In this document: one piece after another, positions 1 to 10,377 of the stretch | Numbering within the stretch: the stretch's first letter is position 1 | Layout of the letters: every line of letters starts with the position of its first letter | Source: an uncultured Acidimicrobiia bacterium | Lineage (GTDB): Bacteria; Actinomycetota; Acidimicrobiia; Spongiisociales; UBA5794 | DNA: 64,000 bases | Direction: 5' to 3' | NCBI GenBank assembly: GCA_963792405.1 | Contig: CAWBVU010000005.1 | Location: 198,628-262,627, forward strand | Made by a program: the position numbers and the translations under genes | The notes under the pieces: generated by a model | What the model saw: only the letters and a program-made list of their open reading frames with translations | What the model was told of the DNA's origin: nothing | Databases searched by the model: none

Positions 1-1029
1 GCGAGGCCCGCCGACGAGTCCGTGTGCCCCAATTGCGGCAAGCCGTGGATCGACGTCTCCATCGCCGCGACGAACCAGGCCCCACCATCGCAGCCCACCG
101 TGCCGCCTCCCACCGACGAAGGCCCCACCACCGAACTGCCCGTCGCGGCAGCAGCCGCAGGATCGATCGCGGCATCGTCGGCACCGTCTCCACCGCCTGC
201 CGCCGGTGCGGGCGAGCCGGCGCCCCCGCCTCCGGTGACGATCGATGACACGGGGGAGTTCGGCTTCGACGACTGGACGATGCCGCCCGATCGCCCGAAG
301 AGCAGGGCACGGTGGCTCATTCCGATCATCCTCCTCGTCGCCGTGATCGTCGTGTGGGTCCTCGTCTTCCTCGATGGCGGCTCGACGCCCGACACCACCA
401 CGACCGTCGCGGAGACCACGACCACCATCGCGGAGACCACCACCACCGTCGCGGAGACCACCACCACCGTCGCGGAGACCACCACGACGGTCGCGGAGAC
501 CACGACCACCGTGGCGGCGTTCCCTCCACCATCGGCATGGCCGCCCGTCGGCGATCCCATCGACGCCGCCGAGCTCACACTCAAAGCCGACGGCATCGGC
601 CCCCTCGTCTTCGAGGCACCGCTCAGCGAGGCCGCGGGCAGGCTCACAGCGACCCTCGGCGAGGCGGAGGGCGCAGGAACCGACGGGCTCTGCCCGACCG
701 GTGAGGGCTACTGGCTCCAGTGGGGCGAGCTCAAGGTGATCGCAAGCGGCTTCGACGACGATGCGACGTTCGTGTCGTATCGGTACGAGGACGTCGGCTC
801 GGACACCGAGCTCGGGCTCACCACGTTGTCCGGCCTCGCCCTCGGGGACACCGTCGCGGACCTCCAGCGGATCTACGGACAGTTCACGATCGCGTTCGAG
901 GTGATCGAGGGGAAGGACCACTTCCGCCTCGTGGACGGCGCCGACCTGCTCCTGTGGGGCCCGGTGTCCGCGACGGACGCGGATGGGATCATCGAGGGCA
1001 TCTACAGTCCGAGCCCGTGTGACGCCTGA
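1..1029 (+). CDS. Zinc-ribbon (CPNC) proline-rich membrane protein with VAETTTT Thr-rich repeats and a conserved C-terminal domain; 5' end lies outside the window
   Basis: Frame is open from nt 1 into the ORF at 22..1029. Has a CxxC motif, one TM segment, a tandem TTTTVAE linker, and a C-terminal domain paralogous to 3122..4021 (LSGLAxGDTVADL motif). Confidence 0.5.
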   Translation, partial: ARPADESVCPNCGKPWIDVSIAATNQAPPSQPTVPPPTDEGPTTELPVAAAAAGSIAASSAPSPPPAAGAGEPAPPPPVTIDDTGEFGFDDWTMPPDRPKSRARWLIPIILLVAVIVVWVLVFLDGGSTPDTTTTVAETTTTIAETTTTVAETTTTVAETTTTVAETTTTVAAFPPPSAWPPVGDPIDAAELTLKADGIGPLVFEAPLSEAAGRLTATLGEAEGAGTDGLCPTGEGYWLQWGELKVIASGFDDDATFVSYRYEDVGSDTELGLTTLSGLALGDTVADLQRIYGQFTIAFEVIEGKDHFRLVDGADLLLWGPVSATDADGIIEGIYSPSPCDA

Positions 1030-1101
1030 GAAGGCCATCAGGCGATTCCGGTAGCACCCACGACCCGTACCATCCGCACGACGATCGCCGGGGGAGCCGA
1101 A

Positions 1102-3084
1102 TTGTCGAGGACGCCCAAGACTTCCGACAGGACGAGTGTGCTGCGCCGGATCCTTTCTCCAGCCAATGTGATCGCGGCCCTCAGCGCGTTGATCGTGTTC
1201 TACGTCGGGCTCGTCATCGACGATGCCAACGTCGTCATCTTCGCGTGGGCTTTGCTCGCGGCCGCGGTGGGTGCCCTCGCGTGGTACTTCGTCGATCGAC
1301 GCACCTCCGGCGCAACCCTGGCCACCGTCCTGTCGTCGATCCCCTTCCTCGGCGCGATCCCGGTCGATGCGACGGGCCCCGCTCCCGTGTTGTCCAATGG
1401 AGAGCTCGCCGACCGCTACACGGGACTCCTGCGGGAGATCGAGGGCCAGACCACTGGGAGGGTGCTCCTCGTGAGCTCGCCGAGCCCCGGGCAGGGGGCC
1501 TCGAGCGTCGCGGTCAACCTCGCGATCGCCGCAACGAAGGCAGGCCGAAGGGTGATGCTGGTCGATGCCGACCCCTCGTCGAACGGCATCGGACGCTTCC
1601 TGTCCTCCGGCCCCTCCCCCGGCCTGTCGGACGTCGCCGCAGGCACCTCCACCCTCGCCGAGGCGTCGAGGATGTGGACCCTCGACGACGGCACGCGCTT
1701 CCCGATGCTCCCGTCGGGTGCCTCCCTCGCCGATGCAGGCGACCTCTCGGGGGTCCTGGTCGCCGATGCGCTCGACGTGGTGTCCGAACATGCCGATCTC
1801 ATCATCATCGACGTGCCCCCCGTCATGTGGTCGGACGCCACCCCCGAGCTCGGCGCCCACGCGGATGGGACGATCCTCGTGCTGACCGACAGCGCGAGCC
1901 CCGACACGGTCGCGGAGGCGATCACACGGCTCGACTCCGCAGGCGCTCCGGTCCTGGGATACGTCCGCAACCGCTCCAAGGGAACCTCGGCACTGGCGCC
2001 CCACACGGTCAGCCGTTCCGCCAAGCGCTTCGTGGCCATCGCACTCATCCTCGTGTTCGGCTACACGGCCTACACGGGCGCACAGCTGTTCGCCTCGTGG
2101 AACCGTCGCGAGACCCAGGCGCTCGACACCGGCGCCGTCGCAGACCTCGGAGCCTCGGCACAGGCAGCGGAGACCGCCGACCCCGACGACATCGTCGACC
2201 TGCCCGAAGGGGAGGGCGCACCGATCCCTCCCAGCCCCTCCGTCACTGCGCCCACCGAGGCCTACGAGACGTTGTTGATCATCGGCAACGACGAGATCGG
2301 AGGGGCGGCCGACGTCGTGCTCTACCTCGTCCGACCCACCAATGGCGCCGATCCGTTCATGGTCTCCCTCCCGAGGGACCTCTACGTGGAGAACCCCTGC
2401 ACGAAGGGGAACAGCCGGATCAACACCCTCATCAAGGGCTGCCCGTCGAAGGACATCAACGGACCCACGCTGTTGTCGTACCAGGTCGGCGCGATCACCG
2501 GCATCGAGGTGGACCACTTCGCCTGGTTCGACTTCGAGAGTTTCAAGGAGATCATCGACGCCGTGGGCGGTGTGGAGATCTGCCACGAGTACCCCGTCCG
2601 GGACGAGAAGGCGCAGCTCGACATGCCCGCGGGCTGCACCCAGGCCGATGGCGCACAGACGTTGTCGTGGGTTCGATCCCGCAAGACCGAGCAACTCGTG
2701 AACGGCTCGTGGACGTCGGTGCCGGGAGCGAGCGACCTGCAGCGGAACCAGCACCAGCAGGAGGTGCTGCTCCAGCTCTTCGCAAAGCTCAAGTCCTTCC
2801 GGTCGCCGTCGGAGCTCACGACCAAGGCAGCGAGCCTCGCCGACAGCTTCGTCCTCGACGACGGACTGTCGATCAGCGAGGCCGTCAACCTCGCGTGGGG
2901 TCTCCGCGGCATCGACGTCGACGAGATCCGCAGGATCGAGTTGCCCGTCAGGCTCACAAGGTCCACCACGGGGCAATCGATCCTCGTCCTCACCGAACCC
3001 TTCGACGAAGTCCTCAAGGGCGAGTACGGATCGAGCCTTCCCACCGAGGACGGCGTCGTAGAGAACGCCGAGGGCAGCAGATAG
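1102..3084 (+). CDS. Membrane protein fusing a CpsD/BY-kinase (MinD/ParA-like) P-loop domain to a LytR-CpsA-Psr (LCP) domain
   Basis: N-terminal TM helices. VLLVSSPSPGQGASSVAVNLA...VMLVDADP resembles a Walker-A/BY-kinase fold but lacks the lysine. Second TM, then the LCP signature LLIIGNDE...YLVRP...SLPRDLYV...INTLIKG. Confidence 0.6.
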   Translation: MSRTPKTSDRTSVLRRILSPANVIAALSALIVFYVGLVIDDANVVIFAWALLAAAVGALAWYFVDRRTSGATLATVLSSIPFLGAIPVDATGPAPVLSNGELADRYTGLLREIEGQTTGRVLLVSSPSPGQGASSVAVNLAIAATKAGRRVMLVDADPSSNGIGRFLSSGPSPGLSDVAAGTSTLAEASRMWTLDDGTRFPMLPSGASLADAGDLSGVLVADALDVVSEHADLIIIDVPPVMWSDATPELGAHADGTILVLTDSASPDTVAEAITRLDSAGAPVLGYVRNRSKGTSALAPHTVSRSAKRFVAIALILVFGYTAYTGAQLFASWNRRETQALDTGAVADLGASAQAAETADPDDIVDLPEGEGAPIPPSPSVTAPTEAYETLLIIGNDEIGGAADVVLYLVRPTNGADPFMVSLPRDLYVENPCTKGNSRINTLIKGCPSKDINGPTLLSYQVGAITGIEVDHFAWFDFESFKEIIDAVGGVEICHEYPVRDEKAQLDMPAGCTQADGAQTLSWVRSRKTEQLVNGSWTSVPGASDLQRNQHQQEVLLQLFAKLKSFRSPSELTTKAASLADSFVLDDGLSISEAVNLAWGLRGIDVDEIRRIELPVRLTRSTTGQSILVLTEPFDEVLKGEYGSSLPTEDGVVENAEGSR

Positions 3085-3121
3085 GGCGTACAATGCCCTG
3101 CGTGCCGACACAGGAAAGCCG

Positions 3122-4021
3122 TTGAGCGACCCTCAGGACCCCTACGCGAACCCGCCGGGATGGACCGACCCGTACGCAGGCCTCTCGGACCTCTCGGGAC
3201 ACGAGCCGCTGCCCCCGATGGAGCCCCCGACGACACCTCCGGCACAGCCCCCCGGGTCGCCGCTGTTGACCGGCCTGATCATCGCCCTCCTGCTGGTGGC
3301 CCTCTCTGTCGCCGTCTTCCAACTGCTGTCCCCCGACGACTCCGGGACAGCAGCGGAGACCACGACGACGACCGTTGCCGGGGAGACGACCACGACGACG
3401 GTGACGGACGGCGAGACCACGACCACGGCCGTGGACACCTCGTCGACGACCGTCCCCGCCGGAGACCCGTTCGAGCCCGTTCCCCCTGCGATCGAGGTGG
3501 ACCGGCTCAAACTCATCACCGATGGCTTGCGGGTGAACGACAACGAGATCAAGGACATCGTCTTCGGCGACGATGCACCCACCGCGATAGGACGGTTGGT
3601 GGCATCGTTCGGCGACCCCACCCAGGACACCGGGTGGCAGGTGTCCACGGGACAATACGGGGTGTGCGCGGGAGACCTCGAGCGGGTCGTCCTCTTCGGA
3701 CCGTATGCGGCGATCGTGACCAAGCCCGGGGGGCAGGAGATCTACAACGGCTACCGACACGATCTCACGTACGGCGACCTCGCCAACCCCGCAGCCGCAC
3801 TCGAGACGCTCAGCGGGCTCGCGATCGGCGACACGGTGGCGGACCTTCGCTCGATCTACGCAGGCGAGGCGGTGACCTTCTCGACCGATCCGAAGCTCGG
3901 ACTCATCTACGAGGTCAGAGGATCGACCTCTGGATCGCTGCTGCTGTGGGGGCCCGTCGAGGGTGAGGACGATGCCGACCGAGTGATCGGCATCTACGCA
4001 CCCGACGTGTGCAGCCGATGA
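3122..4021 (+). CDS. Thr-rich membrane-anchored protein, paralog of the first gene
   Basis: Proline-rich N-terminus, TM segment, ETTTTTV repeats, and a C-terminal domain alignable to ORF 22..1029 (LSGLAIGDTVADLRSIY, LLLWGPV, C-terminal Cys). Confidence 0.5.
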   Translation: MSDPQDPYANPPGWTDPYAGLSDLSGHEPLPPMEPPTTPPAQPPGSPLLTGLIIALLLVALSVAVFQLLSPDDSGTAAETTTTTVAGETTTTTVTDGETTTTAVDTSSTTVPAGDPFEPVPPAIEVDRLKLITDGLRVNDNEIKDIVFGDDAPTAIGRLVASFGDPTQDTGWQVSTGQYGVCAGDLERVVLFGPYAAIVTKPGGQEIYNGYRHDLTYGDLANPAAALETLSGLAIGDTVADLRSIYAGEAVTFSTDPKLGLIYEVRGSTSGSLLLWGPVEGEDDADRVIGIYAPDVCSR

Positions 4022-4578
4022 CCGTCTCGTCCCGGGCCTCCGAGACCGTGGATGGGTACACTCGCCCCATGAAGCCGAGCTATGGGAGTGCATTCGCCGT
4101 CGGCGCCATTGCGGGCCTCATCCTCGCGATGGCCTTTGCCCTCTTCGCGGGAGCCACCGGCGGTGTGCCGAAACTCGACACCACCGGGCAGGGATCGTCG
4201 CTCGAAGCCGCGTTCGCGGTGCCCGCATCCGCGATGTGGATCGTCACCCTCGTCCTCGGAGCCGTCGGCGGTGCGATCCTCGCGATCGTCACCGTCGCCG
4301 TCGCCAAGGTCATCGATCCGGAGGCGGCCGGCGCGCCCATGCTGATCGTCGCTCCCCTGGGCGCCGTGGTCGGCGCCGTCATCGCCTTTGCCGTGCTCCC
4401 CCTCGGAGTGACCGTGGTCGGGAGCGTTCAGGACGGCATCGCCACTGCCTCGGTCGCCGCCCTCACCGGTCTCGTCGCGGCTGTCGGCCTCGTGGGCGGG
4501 GCAGGAGTGGTGTGGCTGTCGTACATCCTCACGAGGCCGCCGCAGGCGCACCCGGATCCGGAGCTGCTGGCGGACTGA
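4009..4578 (+). CDS. Gly/Ala-rich polytopic membrane protein, hypothetical
   Basis: 189 aa with several hydrophobic helices; overlaps the upstream gene by 13 nt, suggesting an operon. Confidence 0.4.
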   Translation: MQPMTVSSRASETVDGYTRPMKPSYGSAFAVGAIAGLILAMAFALFAGATGGVPKLDTTGQGSSLEAAFAVPASAMWIVTLVLGAVGGAILAIVTVAVAKVIDPEAAGAPMLIVAPLGAVVGAVIAFAVLPLGVTVVGSVQDGIATASVAALTGLVAAVGLVGGAGVVWLSYILTRPPQAHPDPELLAD

Positions 4579-4627
4579 GAAGGTACCCCGGCCATCCCGA
4601 ACGTGGTCGCGGAACTCCTGGATCACC

Positions 4628-4960
4628 TCATGCGTCGGCGACGTCGACGGCGATGAGGGCACCATCCTCGGCCCTCTCGTAGCCGACCTCGACCGGATCA
4701 CCCGACACGATGTGCTCGCGGAGGTGGTCCAGGGGGCCATCCTCGAACATGAGGCCCGGAGCAGGCTCGAACTGATGGCTCCGGCCATCCCCATCGGTCA
4801 CCACGAACGACGTCACCTCGCCGAGGTCACCCGAGACCTGTGTCACGACACCCGTCACCCGCCCCTCCCCGTCGTCGTCAGACGACGAACACGCGACGAT
4901 GAGCAGGGAGGGGATGACGAGCAGGATCACCGCTGCGACCGATCGCGAGAGGTCACGCAT
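4628..4960 (-). CDS. Small secreted lipoprotein, hypothetical
   Basis: Signal peptide with lipobox LIVAC; 110 aa, acidic. Confidence 0.4.
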   Translation of the reverse strand: MRDLSRSVAAVILLVIPSLLIVACSSSDDDGEGRVTGVVTQVSGDLGEVTSFVVTDGDGRSHQFEPAPGLMFEDGPLDHLREHIVSGDPVEVGYERAEDGALIAVDVADA

Positions 4961-5783
4961 CGAGGTGGGCCTCCAACTCGCCAGGGGCGATGACCCCTTC
5001 GAGTCTCGCCGTCACGACACCCCGTTCATCCATCACGAAGACCCATGGCTCCGAGGGAAGCCTGAAGGCGAGCACCGCTGGCGCAAGGTGATCGGCGTCT
5101 GGTGCGAACCCTTCCTCGTTGAAGCCCTCGTAGACCTCGACGTGGACCCAGTTGACCTCCGGGTAGGCGCTCCTGAGCTCCTTGGCCTTCTGCATGATCG
5201 GGCCGCATGCCGCCGAGGTGCAGTACGCGGGCGTCGAGAACACGACCACGGTCTTGCTCCCGTTCGTGAGTGCCTCGTCGAGGGAGATCTGATAGAAGGC
5301 CGGTTCAGGAGGGGAGTCGGTGGTGAGGTTCTCGATGGGCGTATCACCCACTGTCGGTGTCGCAACGACAGGCGCCGCCTCCCCGATCGCAACGGTCGTG
5401 GGCCGCTCTGCGACGGTGATCAGGAACGGCTGCGTCTCCTCACCGGTCGACACGTCGAAGGCGATCTCCCAGTTCCCGCTCCTGTCGAAGGGGACCTCCG
5501 CCCGGTACAGGCCGATCGCTCCCTCGATGATCCACAGGAACTCCGCGTCGGCCTCGATCACGGTGTCGGGCGACTCGAGCGACGTGGCGGTCACCGAGAC
5601 CTGTTCTTCGGGTGAGCCTCGACGCGTCCCATCGATCTCGTTGACCGCGAAGAGGAATCGGCTGTCACCCACCGCGGGGTCCTGGGACGCCCTGATGCCG
5701 ACGAGCAGGGTGTCATCGGCGCTGTTGGCACACGACGAGGCCAGCATGGCCACGATCGCGAGGAGGAGGGCCGTCCGCTTCAT
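4953..5783 (-). CDS. Thioredoxin-fold lipoprotein (SCO1/SenC/TlpA-like)
   Basis: Start MKRTALLLAIVAMLASSC (lipobox). C-terminal Trx-like region with a VVFSTPAYCTSAACGP thiol motif. The 611-aa ORF in the track is an extension artefact. Confidence 0.55.
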   Translation of the reverse strand: MKRTALLLAIVAMLASSCANSADDTLLVGIRASQDPAVGDSRFLFAVNEIDGTRRGSPEEQVSVTATSLESPDTVIEADAEFLWIIEGAIGLYRAEVPFDRSGNWEIAFDVSTGEETQPFLITVAERPTTVAIGEAAPVVATPTVGDTPIENLTTDSPPEPAFYQISLDEALTNGSKTVVVFSTPAYCTSAACGPIMQKAKELRSAYPEVNWVHVEVYEGFNEEGFAPDADHLAPAVLAFRLPSEPWVFVMDERGVVTARLEGVIAPGELEAHLDA

Positions 5784-5885
5784 GCGATGAAAGGTACGTC
5801 GTCGATGCAGGTAACCCTCCGGTGACACGCCCACCGGGAGCCTCCCATCGCACCGATCGCACCGCTCGTCCTCGTCGCCGCGTTC

Positions 5886-6575
5886 GTGGTCGCATTGACC
5901 GCGGCAGCAGTCCAGGGCACCGTCGGCGTCGGGTTCGCGATGATCGCGGTGCCGATCCTGTCCCTGCTCGACCCTCGACTCGCCCCCGTTCCCGAGATCC
6001 TCGTGATCCTCCCCTTGACGATCGTCATGGCATGGAAGGAGCGCCACGCGATGGACCTGCACGGTGTGGGCTGGATCATCGCGGGGAGGTTCCCGGGTGC
6101 GGCGATCGGCGTGGCCCTCCTCGCCGTCGCGACGAGGCGGACGCTCGACATCTTCATCGGGATCGTGGTCCTGGCCGCGGTCGCGATCATCGGCACGGGC
6201 ATCCGAGTGCACCGTACGCCTGCGACCAAATTCGGTGCAGGTGTCGCTGCGGGAACCACCGGGCTCGTCTCGTCGATCGGCGGACCGCCGGTTGCCCTCC
6301 TCTATTCCGCCGAGGAGGCAGCGCGGATACGGTCGACGCTCGCCGCGATCTTCACCATCGGCGTCTCGATCACCGTGACGGTCCGCGTCGCGACCGGGAA
6401 CGTGACCATGACGGACCTCGAGGTGTCGGCGTTCCTGTTCCCTGCCGTCGTGATCGGCTATCTCGTGTCGCTCGCCATCAAGGACCGGATTCCGCGCCAC
6501 GCGGTACGGGCCTCGATCCTGATCGTGTCCGCCCTGGCAGGCGTCGCCCTGATCGGGCGCGCCGTCGCGGGCTGA
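5886..6575 (+). CDS. TauE/SafE family sulfite/anion exporter (DUF81)
   Basis: 229 aa polytopic membrane protein with TauE-like internally duplicated hydrophobic repeats. Confidence 0.65.
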   Translation: MVALTAAAVQGTVGVGFAMIAVPILSLLDPRLAPVPEILVILPLTIVMAWKERHAMDLHGVGWIIAGRFPGAAIGVALLAVATRRTLDIFIGIVVLAAVAIIGTGIRVHRTPATKFGAGVAAGTTGLVSSIGGPPVALLYSAEEAARIRSTLAAIFTIGVSITVTVRVATGNVTMTDLEVSAFLFPAVVIGYLVSLAIKDRIPRHAVRASILIVSALAGVALIGRAVAG

Positions 6576-6649
6576 GCACCGAACCGCGCACCTCGCGATA
6601 CCCGCGCTTCCGCTCCAGTGGGCCGGGGCGCGCCGGACGGGTGATGTCC

Positions 6650-7180
6650 CTAGGGTGACGTGCCGGCGTCGAAGCTGTCCCAGATCGCTCGCAGGGCGTC
6701 GAAGAGCTGACCGAGCGCCCACACGAGGACGATCACCATCAGGACCAGGACCACGAACGTGAGGACGCCCCGGATCCAGCCCGACCAATCCGAGGTCATC
6801 TCGCGGAGCGCCGCCGCGGTGTCGCCGAGGAATCCCCGGGATCCGGGTGGGGAGGCCGAGGCCTCCGGCGTCGAGGGCGCGACCGCCGGCTGCTCGAGCG
6901 TCGTGGGCTTGATGCGCGGCTCCGTCGCGTCGGGCACGGCCTCCGCCACGGCGACCTCATCCTCCACCGCGGGACGGAGGGCCTTCAAGGCATCCGGGTC
7001 GAGGTCGAGCACGTCGGCGAGCTGGTCGACCACACCGATGGCGGGGGGCACCTCCCCTCGCTCCCAGCGGCGCACGGACGACGATGAACGGCCGACGGCG
7101 GCAGCGAGCTGTCCCAGCGACATGCCCTTCTGGAGTCGGGCCTCGCGGATCGCCCTGCCCATCGCAGCGGTGTCAGCCAT
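6650..7180 (-). CDS. XRE-family HTH regulator with a C-terminal transmembrane anchor
   Basis: N-terminal HTH (LQKGMSLGQLAAAVGRSSSSVRRWERGE), Pro/Ala-rich linker, C-terminal TM segment VLTFVVLVLMVIVLVWALG. Confidence 0.6.
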   Translation of the reverse strand: MADTAAMGRAIREARLQKGMSLGQLAAAVGRSSSSVRRWERGEVPPAIGVVDQLADVLDLDPDALKALRPAVEDEVAVAEAVPDATEPRIKPTTLEQPAVAPSTPEASASPPGSRGFLGDTAAALREMTSDWSGWIRGVLTFVVLVLMVIVLVWALGQLFDALRAIWDSFDAGTSP

Positions 7181-7258
7181 CCGGTGAGGTTATCCGTTGC
7201 CACCGGATTGGGAGGTCGCGTGGCGTATAGAGTTGATCGCGGAGCGAAAGGACCCGAC

Positions 7259-9070
<1,812 letters not shown>

Positions 9071-9080
9071 GAGGTCGGGT

Positions 9081-9176
9081 CGCGGAGGCGGACGGGAATC
9101 GAACCCGCCAGGGAGCTCTCGCCCCCTCGTCGGTTTTGAAGACCGCGGTGCCCACCAGGCGCACGGACGCCTCCGC
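9081..9176 (-). tRNA. selC: Candidate tRNA-Sec (anticodon UCA)
   Basis: Reverse complement reads GCGGAGGC...GCCTCCGC (8-bp acceptor stem) and GGTTCGATTCC (T arm). Anticodon loop is CT-TCA-AA, there is a long variable-arm hairpin GGGGGC-GAGA-GCTCCC, length about 96 nt, no encoded CCA. Hand-folded D and anticodon stems are imperfect. Confidence 0.65.
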
Positions 9177-9348
9177 CCGGGAGGGTACGGGTGTCCGCGG
9201 GATTGCCGGGCGCCGGGACGCATCCGACACCGGACGGCGGTCACGTCTTCGGTCGATCGATCTCACGCCACCCCTTCCCGGTGCGCCGTCCTGTGGAACT
9301 GACGCCGGGGGTATGCTCCGTCCGTTCGACGTCGAAGGTGAGGATGCA

Positions 9349-9657
9349 ATGGCAGACCCGGAACTCATGGTGTGGATCGACCAGGACCTCTGCACCGGTG
9401 ACGGTATTTGCGAGGAGATCTGTCCCGACGTGTTCCAGGGCCGTGACGACGGGCTGTGGGTCGTCAAGGAGACCGCGGGCCACTGGGGCAAGGACATCGT
9501 CTTCGACGGCACCCAGGCACCCGACGGAGCCCGCGGCGTCGCCCGCGTCCCCACCGATCTGACGGACTCGGTCGTCGAGGCCGCTGAGGAGTGCCCGGGC
9601 GAGTGCATCATGATCGAGCCGTACGACGCTCAGCTGGTGGCCGCCCGAGGGGCATGA
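9349..9657 (+). CDS. Small ferredoxin
   Basis: RBS GAAGGTGAGGA, then MADPELMVWIDQDLCTGDGICEEICPDVF (Cys cluster) and a second CPGEC motif. Confidence 0.55.
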   Translation: MADPELMVWIDQDLCTGDGICEEICPDVFQGRDDGLWVVKETAGHWGKDIVFDGTQAPDGARGVARVPTDLTDSVVEAAEECPGECIMIEPYDAQLVAARGA

Positions 9658-9724
9658 CACGCTCGGCACCCGGCGGGTGTCGATGACGGAGTGAGCCGGC
9701 CAGATGATCGTGGAACCGGCGTGC

Positions 9725-10156
9725 TCAGCCGGTGATGTACTGCTCCAGCTGGTCGATGAGGAACTGCTGGTCCTCGATCACCGCGCGGACCACATCGCCG
9801 ATCGAGATGACGCCGATGACGCGGGTGCCGTGCATGACGGGCAGATGACGAAATCGGTGCTCGGTCATCAGCCGCATGCACTCAGCCGTCGTCGCGTTCG
9901 GGGCGACCGTGATCGGATGTTCCGACATGATCTCGCTGACCGTCGTGTCCCGTGACCCCCGCTGCAGCAGGATCACCTTGCGGGCGTAGTCGCGCTCCGA
10001 CAGGATGCCCACCAACTCATCGCCATCGAGCACCACGAGCGCCCCGACGTTCTTGTCCGCCATGATCTCGAGGGCCTCGTAGACGGACGCATCGGGCGTG
10101 ACGGTCCAGACGTCACTCCCCTTCGCCTCGATGAGCTTCTCGACGGTGCGTTGCAT
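9725..10156 (-). CDS. CBS-pair domain protein
   Basis: Two CBS motifs (VGALVVLDGDELVGILSERD and HLPVMHGTRVIGVISIGDV). Confidence 0.7.
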   Translation of the reverse strand: MQRTVEKLIEAKGSDVWTVTPDASVYEALEIMADKNVGALVVLDGDELVGILSERDYARKVILLQRGSRDTTVSEIMSEHPITVAPNATTAECMRLMTEHRFRHLPVMHGTRVIGVISIGDVVRAVIEDQQFLIDQLEQYITG

Positions 10157-10377
10157 GGCACTCCAACCTACCAAATCGGAACGAGGCGTGTCGATCGGGA
10201 TGCGCGATCCGCCGGGTCCGCCGCGCGCCCTGGTCCGGTACGATGCCCCTCACCCACATGAGGGATCCGATGCCGTCGACAACGTGCTGGTCGAGATCGA
10301 CGGACCCGTCGCCAATATCACGCTCGATCGGCGGTTCACGCCCGCGGATCTGTCTCCTTGTCCTACAATCGCTCATC

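Noticed and set aside
312-739. His/Arg-rich ORFs (HHHRRGDHH repeats) overlapping the first gene
   Set aside because: They are alternate-frame readings of the ACCACGACC Thr-codon repeats; the in-frame TTTTVAE reading belongs to a coherent membrane protein.
4953-6788. 611-aa minus-strand ORF in the track
   Set aside because: Only the last 277 codons, from MKRTALLL with a lipobox, look like a real protein (Trx-like lipoprotein). The Arg/Asp/His-rich upstream 330 codons are an open alternate frame antisense to the TauE gene, as is typical of 70% GC DNA.
9136-9348. Upstream extension of the ferredoxin ORF into the tRNA region
   Set aside because: The extension starts inside the tRNA-Sec sequence. 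A strong RBS and the ATG at 9349 define the ferredoxin start.
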